DNA of 64,000 nt. Source: Amphiscolops sp. MND2022. Taxonomy: Eukaryota. Of the stretch, positions 12,001 through 23,728 are shown piece after piece. The notes beneath the pieces are model-generated. The model did no database searches. It had not been told where the DNA came from and worked only from the letters and a program-made list of their open reading frames with translations. Every line of letters begins with the position of its first letter. The stretch's first letter is position 1. The position numbers and the translations under genes are program-made. The stretch spans positions 48,486,001-48,550,000 of the forward strand of contig OZ076413.1 in assembly GCA_964187785.1 (NCBI GenBank). The letters are read 5' to 3'.

Positions 12001-14750
12001 CACGGCTTCTTGCTGTGGAAGTGGTCCACAGAGGGTCCATCCAAGTTTCGTTTTTACTGCCCAAGCCTCACCATTGGAGCAGCTTTTATATTCTTCAGGC
12101 CGATGTATATGGTAACATTTTTGTCCTAATATCAGCTAATATCAGTATTAAATCTTTGAACTTCAATGGTTTTTCGCTTAGAACTGACATAAGGGAATAG
12201 GCATGTTTGAGCTCCCGATAGTTGTTGATCTTTGTATCGGCGTCAATGCTTGGATGAGTGCAAATTGTCATGTGGTGTGTATCGCTCTTTGTTTTGCCAC
12301 GGATTTCCACGGTGAATCGTTCGCATTTCACATCATTTGTCTCACGTATTCCAGCCACACTCAAGTCAATTTCTTTCCCGTGAGATTTTACTTTTTCAGC
12401 TGAGGTCTTGTGAAAGATTACAAGTATAACGGGCCAAAATCCACATCTCTTCAATGAGCAAAAAACAAAAGTCGCCTCCGCCGTCTGTTGTGGGTCTTCT
12501 ACTCCACTATCATCCGGTAGTCTAATTGCCTCGCGATGTAAACGTCGATGGTGCCGCCTGTTACAGCCTTTGCCACCACACGCTTTGTATGTGGAATCTT
12601 TCACTGCGTGTTTCCCAGCCGAACATTAAAAGCAGAAATTCAACTCTTTGGCTTTCTCATATCGCTCTTGACATGTCATCTTCAGAAACTTCTCGCATTT
12701 CCACAAAGGAAGCCTATCATCTTTCAATAGACAATCTTGACCAGTCTTCTTGTCGGAATTGTCGCCAGCGAAAGTTGAGAAAGTAGAGTTCTTCAATTTG
12801 TCTTTACTTGTCCATTTCGATTTGTCGGCGTTGGGATTGCCTGTCATGAGAACGTCTTCCTGCACAGCCGCTACCTCTTGCAACCATGCACTGAACACTT
12901 CCAGCCCCATGTAGCAGTTGGCATTTTGTCTCGCCTACGTCAACCATTTTGTCTCCATGTTCAATGGCAGTTTTCTGGTCGCACTATTCAGGACACCTTC
13001 TGACTGCAAATCTCCAACATAGTTCATCTGCCTCAGAAAATATACACAATTTGAAACTATTCTCGAGTAATTGACCAATGCTACAGAGTCGTACGCTTTC
13101 ACGGAGAGAAAGGTGTAAATTCGTCTCAGTTGTGCGTCAACTACCACTTGTGGTCTCCCGAACTGCGCAACCAAGGTATTCCAAGCAACATCATACATGT
13201 CTCCATTGTAGCCTAGCCCAGCTTTTACTACTTTCGCTTTCCCAGTGACCGGGGTGATTCATCTTACGGTGCCAATTTTTCCAGGGTGTACAGTCAAGAG
13301 GAACAACCCTGACCACTCAGGCCATTCCAATGGGTCACCTGAGAATTCTGCCAGCTTCGATTTCGGCAAACTGGCTAATAGGCTCACTGCTTCATTTCTT
13401 GTTGATACGAACTGACTCTGTATGGGGGCCGAGTAGTTAGGTGAGGGTGCCACTGGTTGTGGCAATGTACCACTTCTCGTCTGGTGACTTAACAATGGTT
13501 AGTTTGGAGGTTCGAAGCTCCCAAATGGCACATGTTGTTGCACTGTCTTATTCATTTGCATCTTCGCTGATGCAGCTTTCGGCGCAAGCAGGTGGGGCAT
13601 TTCTGTTGTGGGTGGCAATGGGTCAGGTTGTGGTTGAATGGGTCTGCTGTCCAACGCATTCCTGGCTAACCCACTGTTCATCTTCGTTGCTTTGGTTTCG
13701 TAGTCAATCTGATCTAAACACGGCGGAACCTTTTCAAAGAGAGAAACTCCGAAAGCTTGTGCTGGCCCGACTATAACCCGCTCGAGCTTCTTTTAGTTCG
13801 TTTTCTGAGATTCGTAACGCTCTTGCCTTCTCCTCTTGGCATTTAGCAATTTCGAATTCTTCTGTGTGCTGATTGATTTCCTGATGTTTCTCGGATATCT
13901 GCGTGATGTTTACTTTTAGCTAACTGTTCATCAATTTCTTCTTGTTTCTTCAATGCTTGTAGTTCTAGGAGCATCTCCCGCTTTGTAGTATTTGACTTTG
14001 ATTCGATCCCGTTGTGAATGTATGCTCAGCCTCTCTGTTGGCAGTGATTTAGTCTCTTGGTTGTCGTCCAATTTTTGACATTTTGTTCCTTTGTACAATC
14101 TCGAGTTCAGACTCCTTTTGGGTGACGTGCCGCTTTTGCGGGATTTATCTGCTGTGAAGTTCACACGAACGTCTGCAAGTCTTTGTTCAGCATCCTCCAG
14201 GTTTTGCAAAATAGCTCCCGTGTCTCTTGACTTCAGCAGAGGTTCAATTTTTGTTTTGATGTCAGACGTTTTTGAAGCAACTCTTGACATGCTGCGGTGT
14301 AATCTTCTTCGTTGGCGTCTTCGCTGTTAGCGATAGCTTCATTCCGCACTTTTTCGTTGCTGACCATTCTTTCATCAACAACACGTTTCCTTTCCTCAAG
14401 GTATAAGTATTTTTGTATTTCACTTTCATCGCGCATTGCTGACATCAATACTGCCAATCTTCCATTGCTAGACTTTTGTTGCTGCAACTTCTCAAATCAG
14501 CTCTGCAATTCTTTGTTCTCGTATGCGAACGCTTCGGGAATCTGAGGTTGATACTTTACCTTTATTGCATTTTGAACTGCCCGTTTGAGGCCTGTATGTC
14601 CTTTCTCCGTAACAGTAAGTCAGCTTTTTGCTTATCATCATAGCCATCATATATTTTCTCGTCGATTTCTTTGATCGACTTACCATGATCGACAGCTGCA
14701 TTCCAATAACTCAAAGTTTGAGTTTTGTCTGCTGCGTTCTTCAAAAAGAT
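9050..14750 (-). pseudogene. BEL/Pao gag-pol polyprotein remnants (multiple stops, frameshifts, deletions)
   Basis: ORF fragments 13259-13495, 12935-13198, 12626-12910, 12095-12604, 11314-12003, 10684-11215, 9753-10628, 9136-9582 in gag-PR-RT-RH-IN order. Confidence 0.9.
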
Positions 14751-15194
14751 TTCAATTTTGTTGGAATCAAAACGTTGGGTTCTGCCATTTTCTCACTTTG
14801 CATTGGAATTCAACTTCCACAGTCACAATAACCCAAACTCCCCGAGACACAATAGACATCTCTCCCAGAGACACAATAGCCCGAACTCCCAGAATCAAAA
14901 TAGCCCAAAGTCCCAGAGTACACTGTAGCCCAAGCTCCTCGAGTACACTGTGTAGCCAAGAGCTCCGGTAATCTCCCACAGTCTGCAGAAGTAGTCCAAA
15001 CTCCAGAGTACACCAATCACCCAAGAGAGCCCAGATGAGACCACTTTGTAGCACAGACAGTTTTGTATAGTTCACCAACAGTCGTCGTTCACTAGACACG
15101 TTCACTTGTTCGCACAGTGTCTGGCTGAGTAGCAATAAGATTATCATCCAGTTGTCCGCCTAATTGATGGTGTCCGTCAATTTAAGGATGTCCG

Positions 15195-15212
15195 GGTCGG
15201 GTCGGCGGACCA
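15195..15212 (-). promoter_or_regulatory. Primer-binding site of BEL element
   Basis: TGGTCCGCCGACCCGACC 2 nt downstream of the 5' LTR on the minus strand; TGG start complements tRNA CCA. Confidence 0.65.
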
Positions 15213-15214
15213 AA

Positions 15215-16066
15215 TGTAACTGCTGCTTGATCCCTTCACTTGACCAAACTTTACGCCGCCATGAATTCGGTGCTCAGGCACTGCCGATCTTAACCGAACA
15301 CTGCTTGCTTCTTAGATTAAAAGGACTGTATCTTCACTTAGAAGGATCCACTGATCCCGAATTGCACTTTTCCCTCCAACTCTCCACAAGTTCAGAATAA
15401 CTAAAGTAGTCGCCCTTCGTCTTTGACGAAAAATCGAAAAGAGGTGAGGAAACGATATGAGAATTGAATTGGTCCTAAGACCCAACTTGAATACTCGATT
15501 TGTCTAACTAGGTATGATATAAATCGCGTCTACAACTATTCGATAAATTTGAGTCAAAATACGAAGTATAAATAATGACATTTAAAGCATAATATGAAGT
15601 TATTGGTATGAAGTAAACAAACTATGTGGTGGTTCCGACATGATATTTAAATAGGCTAAAAAGTGTTTATACAATGTAAATATCACCAATAGTAATAGCA
15701 TTTCATCTCTTTCAAGGTCGCATGGAAAAATCAAATAATAAATTGTATATCAAAATTGGCTTTTCATGGGTTCCGACCTGAGTCACATTGGGTGTTAATT
15801 GCTCGAAACCCACGGGAGATACGGGGTCGAGTGTATCGAGTGAAAAGTTAGATTAGCACCACCACCACCATATGTGTGCCGACTTTGGAGGTGATTGAAT
15901 GAGTGGTTCACCCGGACGGGGATGGCGCTTTTTTACATAGGACCATTTTTGATATTGTTTGCTTACAACTAAAATATTGACAACTTTTCGAAGTGTTTTG
16001 AGTTATAAAATTCATCAATCACGTTCAATACTCGGTTTTTCGTCTTGCAATTGACTGGCGCCAACA
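15215..16066 (-). repeat. 5' LTR of BEL/Pao element
   Basis: tgtaactgctgcttgatc...cgccaaca; direct repeat of 8174-9048. Confidence 0.9.
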
Positions 16067-16228
16067 ACCTTTTTCAAGTCACGGTGGGACTAGAGATGAA
16101 AACATAGTTAAGGTTTACAAATATTTTTTAACCGAAGTCGCACAATTTAGTAAAATCTGGAAAAACAAGAACAAAATATGTATCCTGTGCTTTTCCTGCT
16201 CTTCATAACCGTCATCATTAAGAAAGTA

Positions 16229-16755
16229 TCCCGTACTGGCACTCCACCGCAAACCACCGGTGGAACACCAGTGACCACCGGTGGAGGCAATTTTGGATAA
16301 TCAGTCACTATTTCCACCGGTGGTCACCGGTGTTCCACCGATGGTCACCGGTGGATTTTTTTAGAAAAATGAATTGTGAATCATGGAAAATTATTGGTAA
16401 TCATTATTTCACTATGGAGTCCGAAGGTTATTTAATTTCTCGAAAATTTTATTTCTGCATTCAAGAAGTTCTGCAGCAACAAAGACTATTTTGGCACCGC
16501 GTGCACGCAAATTACAAACAAATTACAAAAGCTGATAGCGCAGAGGGAAATGCTAGAGTGTCAACAAAATTAATACAGGTTCGTGTCACGATTTTAACAA
16601 TATTTTTTTACAACATGAAATTTTCCCACCGGTGGTCCACTGGTGGACCACCGGTGGCCACCGCAAAAGCTGCGGATGCCACCTGTGTGGTCCACCGGTG
16701 GGACTTCGGTGGATCATCGGTGACCATCGGTGGACTGTGATTGGTTTGCGCGGGA
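16229..16755. mobile_element. Putative MITE with clustered CCACCGGTGG palindromic motifs at both ends (second copy ~17370-17896)
   Basis: Imperfect terminal inverted match tcccg...cgcaaacca / tggtttgcgcggga; multiple (c)caccggtg(g) motifs in both subterminal regions around an AT-rich core. Confidence 0.5.
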
Positions 16756-16795
16756 AGACAAATGGCGCTAAACTGATTGACTTCATATATACTAC

Positions 16796-16881
16796 ATACA
16801 CTATTGTTCACTAAAGCTGTTGACAAATGCAATCTCAAGTGCTTGTCAACTTGTCAACAGCTTTAGTGAACAATAGTGTAT
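16796..16881. repeat. 86-bp hairpin/mini-MITE with 31-bp perfect arms (second copy 17937-18022)
   Basis: atacactattgttcactaaagctgttgacaa ... ttgtcaacagctttagtgaacaatagtgtat. Confidence 0.8.
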
Positions 16882-19220
16882 CAAAAGCTTCAGATTGAGC
16901 TATAATTAGAAACCCAAGTGAACAAACCTAAAAAATGACTTTGAAGTTGGTCAGAAAGCAAACGCCAACTTTATTTATTTGTGTCAGAACACAATCCTGC
17001 TACAAGACAGACTCCCAAGGGAGGGGAGAAATCCAGCGTAAAACCTGTTCGCAAATTCTGTTTTTAATTCAGTGTTGTCTCAGCTTCGAATTTGCATGTT
17101 CAGTGTGAAACTTGATCAGTGAAACTTTTCGAAGTGTTTTGAGTTATAAAATTCATCAATCACGTTCAATACTCGGTTTTTCGTCTTGCAATTGACTGGC
17201 GCCAACAACCTTTTTCAAGTCACGGTGGGACTAGAGATGAAAACATAGTTAAGGTTTTCAAATATTTTTTAACCGAAGTCGCACAATTTAGTAAAATCTG
17301 GAAAAACAAGAACAAAATATGTATCTTGTGCTTTTCCTGCTCTTCATAACCGTCATCATTAAGAAAGTATCCCGTACTGGCACTCCACCGCCAACCACCG
17401 GTGGAACACCAGTGACCACCGGTGGAGGCAATTTTGGATAATCAGTCACTATTTCCACCGGTGGTCACCGGTGTTCCACCGATGGTCACCGGTGGATTTT
17501 TTTAGAAAAATGAATTGTGAATCATGGAAAATTTTTGGTAATCATTATTTCACTATGGAGTCCGAAGGTATTTAATTTCTCGAAAATTTTATTTCTGCAT
17601 TCAAGAAGTTCTGCAGCAACAAAGACTATTTTGGCACCGCGTGCACGCAAATTACAAACAAATTACAAAAGCTGATAGCGCAGAGGGAAATGCTAGAGTG
17701 TCAACAAAATTAATACAGGTTCGTGTCACGATTTTAACAATATTTTGTTTACAACATGAAATTTTCCCACCGGTGGTCCACTGGTGGACCACCGGTGGCC
17801 ACCGCAAAAGCTGCGGATGCCACCTCTGTGGTCCACCGGTGGGACTTCGGTGGATCATCGGTGACCATCGGTGGACTGTGATTGGTTTGCGCGGGAAGGC
17901 GAATGGCGCTAAACTGATTGACTTCATATATACTACATACACTATTGTTCACTAAAGCTGTTGACAAATGCAATCTCAAGTGCTTGTCAACTTGTCAACA
18001 GCTTTAGTGAACAATAGTGTATCAAAAGCTTCAGATTGAGCTATAATTAGAAACCCAAGTGAACAAACCTAAAAAATGACTTTGAAGTTGGTCAGAAAGT
18101 CAAACGCCAACTTTATTTATTTGTGTCAGAACACAATCCTGCTACAAGACAGACTCCCAAGGGAGGGGAGAACTCCAGCGTAAAACCTGTTCGCAAATTC
18201 TGTTTTTAATTCAGTGTTCTCTCAGCTTCGAATTTGCATGTTCAGTGTGAAACTTGATCAGCAAATTGTCAAGTACTTTACCGAGTTGACGACGGCCTCA
18301 GTGAACGCGGCGCCTATAGGCGTCCTCGATGCTACCCTGGGCAGTTTCGGTGCCTCAAAATGACTTTTGAATAATGAAAGACTTTTGAACATAATGAATT
18401 TTACTTTTCTGAACTTTTAATGAAAAAATTTGTTTGGACTCAAAGTTTGGACTTGCATAACGAAGGAACATATCTTTCACAAAGTTCGTTTTTCGGAAGG
18501 TCCACAATGTAAGTATGTTTGTTGTTAATCATTTCCTCAAAAGCATCCACAATTCAAAAACTATTTGTATGAAACTCACAACAGTTGCAGAGAAAAAAAA
18601 GAAAAAAAATCAATTCAAATGTTAAGCGTCGTGGGGCCTCTCCGAGTTTTTTCTCATGCCGATGCCTTCTCTGTATCATCCCGGAGCAAACTACGGTATG
18701 ATTCTTGCAGGCAGTTGGTAGAGTTATAGTCGTCTTCACACTGAAATCTCGAAAAAACTTGCTCGAGATCACAAGGGTCTGGATGCTGGTTGATGCTTTT
18801 CGTTTTGTTCAACAAAAGTGTTTTCCTCATGACCATAGCTGTTCGCTCGGGATTAAATTTGAGTTCAGAGAGCTTTAAACAACAACAACACAGTCTAGAT
18901 GCTCTGATCATTGCACAATGGTTACCTAAACTTTGAAACTTTTTAGTTCATTGTAAACGTGTGCTAACCAGGTGGTTGATTTGATTCTAAGTCCTAATAT
19001 CATCATACGACACGAAACGTCCAAAAAATTAGCAAGAAGTCGTCGAGTTCTGTTTTCTTTGGTTCAATAGGGCATTTTTTTCCGAAACTTCATTAATTTT
19101 TATCTGAACGTCAATCTTCGTCTAAACGCCAAAAACGTCATTACTCAACTTGATTTTGAAACCCACACAATTGCAGAGATGATACAAATATTACAAAAAT
19201 TGTTCTAAATTGAGTAATTT

Positions 19221-22200
19221 TGTAAGATTTTTAGTTTTTTCAGTAGCTTTAACTGTTTGTTGAGATTAGCTCCACTACAACTCAATTAAACCCGTAGGTA
19301 CCATGCACGAGACAAGGACTGGCTGAGTATCTTCATAAATTTTTATTAACTCCGAAGAAGAGACGAATCAACTTAATCGAAGGCGGTGGGGGTAAGTGTG
19401 ACAAGGAAATCACGATCTTGACAACTTTCTTATTTTTCCGTCTTTCAGGGGTTTGTCTCGCTACTCTCGGACTGTTTGAAATTATCTTTTTGCTGATGAA
19501 AAGAAGCAGGTTGAACTTTAATTACTATACATCAAATAAAGAAGTCGATTAATCGACACAAATACAATTTCACATCCACGAACAATAGAATGAAAAATAT
19601 GATAACATCGATATTAGCGGAGAATATTACGGAGTATATTAGGAGGCATATAACACAAGAGACTAGTACACAAAGGTTTCAGCAAGGTTAGGTTTTTGTA
19701 TCCGTAAGGATGGGGGTGATATCGAAGATATCGGAAGAATCAACTCGCCGCAAAATCTCTATCGGTCTTGGAGTGAAAACAACAATCCGTGTATTATCAG
19801 CCCACTTAGGCTAAACCGTGTTTTATCAGCCCACTTAGGCTCAACCGTGTATTATCAGCCCACTTAGGCTCAACCGTGTATTATCAGCCCACTTAGGCTC
19901 AACCGTGTATTATCAGCCCACTCAGGCTCTTTTACATGTAATACGAAAGACCAGCAGTCCACCCTCCTCCCGGGTCGAAATCCGTACTAGCGAAGAGCGG
20001 GGTAGCAACAAATTAGGCAAATTCAGGTTGTTAGGCTGAAGGCACGGGCTAACCGGTCAGACGAAGTAAATCTGCAATTTCGATAGTCCGGCGTCTGATG
20101 CGGGATGCTATCGGACGCAAAGCAGCAAACCGTTCTCTAGATTTCAACTCACTTTGTGTGTCGCTAAAATGGCGCACACTTCGGCCAAAGTTACTTTTTC
20201 GGCAGTTTAGTCATATCATTATTCATAGTTTATCATCTTTCCTTTTTCGGGTTCTGACTAAGTATTGAGCAATACAGCTTTTCCTACTTCAGTACTAAAA
20301 GTTCATCAGAAGTACAGTTTCTCAGCACGATTTAGTCCTGGTTCCACGTTCTTGTCAATCATGACTAGTAGTTTTACTTCGTTTTCAAAAAGATTTAGGG
20401 GGAGGTGTTACTGACTCAATTTTTCCCACTTTTGTAAGCACGACTTGAACTTCGGCTTGCTGATTGACATTTGCACTTTCCGTCAGGTCTGTTTTTCCCA
20501 CACGGCCCCTGACAACTCTCTTCAGCTAAATATGGCTGCAGGAAACAATTTCCAACATTTTAAAACGACCTAAAAGGCTATTTTAATTCAGATCTAATGA
20601 AAACGATTTTTGTGTTACAACTTCTAAGGGCAGAAACTAGGTATTCCGATCACGGAAGGCTAATACGAAATACTTTATTTGAAAGTACACTTCAAGGGCT
20701 ACAAAAGCCTACATCAAAATTTTCTTTCTACTTCAACTCCTTCATGGTGAAAAAGGCCCTTAAATTTTGGTAGTCAAAAATCACCTATCAACTTTCACGC
20801 AAATCTCAACTTTGGAGGCCTCGTACTCAATCAATTTGAAAGATACAGGCTGGGGGCTTATATACATCGTTAGCCTGAGCTACTAGGAGTTTTTTGCACA
20901 TTAGATGAGGTCTCTAGCTTGTTTTAACAAAATTTGGTGACGCTTCTTCTGAAAGGGGTCATTTTTCGATTTTTCGTGACCTTACCTCCAACTTTAGAGG
21001 TCAATATCTTAACACCAGGTCATTTTTCGGAAAAACGCTCCCTCTAAACGCTCTGCGCCAGACTCTTGTTCGTCTACGCTGAAAGTTTCAACTCGATATC
21101 GCCCAAAACGTGCGAAGGGGGGGGGTTAGCATTTTGGTAAGTGGATTTCAAAACTGACAACAAAAATTCACTACTTTCAATTCTTGGGGGTTTCTCGCTA
21201 GCGCACCGCAGCACTCTATTTATTTTTTCATTCAGTTTTCCACTTCAGTTCTCAAGCATGCTGCAAAGGGGGTGGCTATTGTGCGCCTATTCGTTGAGTA
21301 CTGAGCAAAAACACGCAAAAAAACGGTTCTTTAGGCCATTTTAAGACCTTTTTTAACGTTTGCTGGGTCAAATCTCAAAAACTACTGAATATTATTTGTT
21401 TTCCATTTGACTCAAGGGCATTCATTTATCTTCAATTTAGGCCATATTCGAACATTTTCTGACAATTGTAGCGATCACACGAAATTTTTAAAGAAAACTC
21501 ATTTTTGGAAAATCGTCAAAATTTTATATGAACTTATTTTCAAAGCTGCCGCCCGATAAGTTCCCGTGTCGCAAAAACTCATATTCTCAACCCAAGCTCT
21601 CCTTTGGACGGGCTGTTGCATGCCGTAAACTGTTTGTTGCTATCTTTTTTCATCTTTGAGAAATTTTGTTTTGAATTTTAATTTCTATTAAGAGGGGGGA
21701 TTAATTCAAAGTGTGCGGCGGCTGTTTTCTTATTAGCTACGCGTACAGCCACTCACAGTGCGTTCTAAGTTTCACTCCTTTCGCTTTCTGACACGCTTTC
21801 GTGAGTTGCATTCATATGCTCATAGCACACACTGCAAAGTTTCACTCTCGCTTACCCTCAAATACACGTATTAACATAGCAATTTGACTACATTTCTGTT
21901 CACGGTAAATTATGACTTCTAGTGCAATTTCTGTTGAATCTCGTTCCTCAAAAGTTCCTAAAAGTTTACTCAACACGTAGTCAGGTCGAAAAGGGACATT
22001 TTGGTGGTTTACTTTTTCTTATATTCGTAATAGGTATCGAGAAATTCAATGTTAAACTTTCGTTCCAATTAGAATTTTCTTACATAGGTTTAGGTGGTGG
22101 TGGCCGTCTTATGGCATTAATACGTTGTGGCCGCTTCATAGCAGCTACGAATGGTTATTTTGGTTGTCCGCTTGACTACAGACAATAATTTTGACATTAA

Positions 22201-22335
22201 ACAATAGTGTGAGGTACTTGAAGTACTTGTTGTAATCTTTACTTTTATAGATATCACCCCCGGTTATTCTACCTTGCTGATGAAATAAAATTTAATAAAG
22301 ACCATAATCATGAGCGAAAAGTCAAAAATCCTACA
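19221..22335 (-). repeat. 3' LTR (3115 bp) of env-bearing Gypsy element
   Basis: tgtaagattttt...aatcctaca; direct repeat of 32601-35814. Confidence 0.95.
19785..19929. repeat. 29-bp minisatellite in LTR, 5 copies
   Basis: Unit aaccgtgtattatcagcccacttaggctc, head-to-tail without spacers. Confidence 0.9.
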
Positions 22336-22350
22336 TTCCCCCCCCCCCAC
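22336..22350 (-). promoter_or_regulatory. Polypurine tract
   Basis: G-run + AA on the minus strand immediately before the 3' LTR TGTAG. Confidence 0.85.
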
Positions 22351-22819
22351 TTGGACTACTACTCCCCTGAGTAGTTGGTTTATTTAAATTTTAGTGTAGT
22401 CCTAGGTGATTGGCTAGAATGTTGTCCAGTCAGCATTAATTTTGCCTTGTGTAATTCTTTCTACTGGTTATTGTGAACACAAGTGCTCTTGAAATAATAT
22501 TACAACCACTTCACATTGATAATAAACTAATTAGACACAACATATTTTCACTCATAATAATGTACTCAATTTATAAAAAGTTGACGGAATTTCAACGGGT
22601 TTTCATGGAAGTTTCTAGTTTTCCGAGGTAGATGGCATCGAGGTACTGTCCTCTCGGGTTCGCGAGTTTCTTTTTCGTAAGATTTTTCTTTTTGACGGCG
22701 TTGGAAATACCACGGCTGCAGTAGTATTTACACTCTCCGTGTCGTTACTGTCTGCATCGAACACCGCCGCTCCCGAGCGCGAAGTAGGCGCGGGGTAGAA
22801 GGCGTCTCGTTATTTGAAG

Positions 22820-23409
22820 TTAGATGTCTAAACATAGCCTGTTGGAAGAGTTGATGTCCACTCGTGGGCGGTGGGGCGGCTGAGGGTAGACCTGGAAAGA
22901 TCTATCCCAGGGAGATTCCCCCTGCTGCACCCAACCCCACATATATTGGTGCATCGGTGCTCTCCAGTGAAATCTAGTACTGAGGGGATTTCCCTCAGCT
23001 CTGGGGCCTTGGTCAGGCAAGGCAAGAATCCTTGCCAAAGTTGCCATAGAACTGCTTCGTTCGGGTTTTTCGATGGAGGCCTGAATTACTGCCATCAGAT
23101 TTTCCCGGGACATTCGCAGTATATGCTCAGTCTCATCCACTGGGGAAACCACAATGCGTCTAGCGGAGAGTACTTCTCCAGGTGGAAATAGATATAGTCC
23201 ACGTCAGACGACGGTGTTTCGATTTTATTTATTCGGTAAGTAGTCAGTGGGTTTCCTGCTCGTAATGTGAGCGGCAAAACTCCTGATGTCATTGACATAT
23301 TCGCGTTACGGGTGTCATCGTTGGCGGTGCTGTACAATTGCGTTGGCACAAAGGCTGAAAAGTTTCCTCTTTGTATATTGTAATTACTGACAGACAACGT
23401 AGATTGCAT
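22820..23409 (-). pseudogene. Frameshifted accessory ORF of unknown function between env and 3' LTR
   Basis: ATG at 23409 (MQSTLSVSNYNIQRGNFSAFVPTQLYS...DALWFP) overlapping a second open frame 22820-23152 (ETEHILRMSRENLMAVIQAS...); protein-like composition, no family recognised. Confidence 0.45.
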
Positions 23410-23728
23410 TTTCGAGTTTTTGCTTTGGATAATTAAGTTGAAACAAACTTTTGAGGTGGTTGCAAATGTGAACGACTGATCAGTCAAGGAATAAATTTTA
23501 TACTGACTGGACTTCTTAGTTAATTTTGTAAACTTTTACTTTCCCATCACTTAATTGATTGACATATCGCTTATCACAACTTTTAAAATTTTTCCCTCGT
23601 TCGTCCAAGTGGGGAACAAGGTAGAGTGACCTATCAGTTGAGTTGTGAGGGCAAATAAATACAGGGGGTGGAGTTAGTACAAATCAGCACAAGTTACATA
23701 TATTCTCACGGTTTTTTCGGGGAGACTC

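Larger units (their letters stand above)
8174..16066 (-). mobile_element. Decayed BEL/Pao LTR retrotransposon
   Basis: Two ~0.86-kb LTRs bounded by TGT...ACA; fragmented gag-pol with BEL hallmarks (FSGDPLEWPEW gag, ITADIEAMFLQV RT, WTDSTTVLQWL/VFVANRVAE Pao RNase H, FTCLTTRAVHIEV integrase, LTPNHF...RPVVKL C-terminus). TSD not preserved (aactc vs acctt). Confidence 0.93.
15982..18261. repeat. Near-identical tandem duplication, unit ~1140 bp (15982-17119 / 17123-18261)
   Basis: Two copies differ by only a handful of substitutions/1-bp indels; junction gaaacttgatcagtgaaacttttcg. Confidence 0.93.

Noticed and set aside
18554..18911. Short ORFs that might be an exon
   Set aside because: No recognisable domain or convincing splice context.
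21922..22188. ORF present in both large LTRs (also 35399-35605)
   Set aside because: GTG start, truncated in the other LTR copy, no motif; similarity is explained by LTR duplication.
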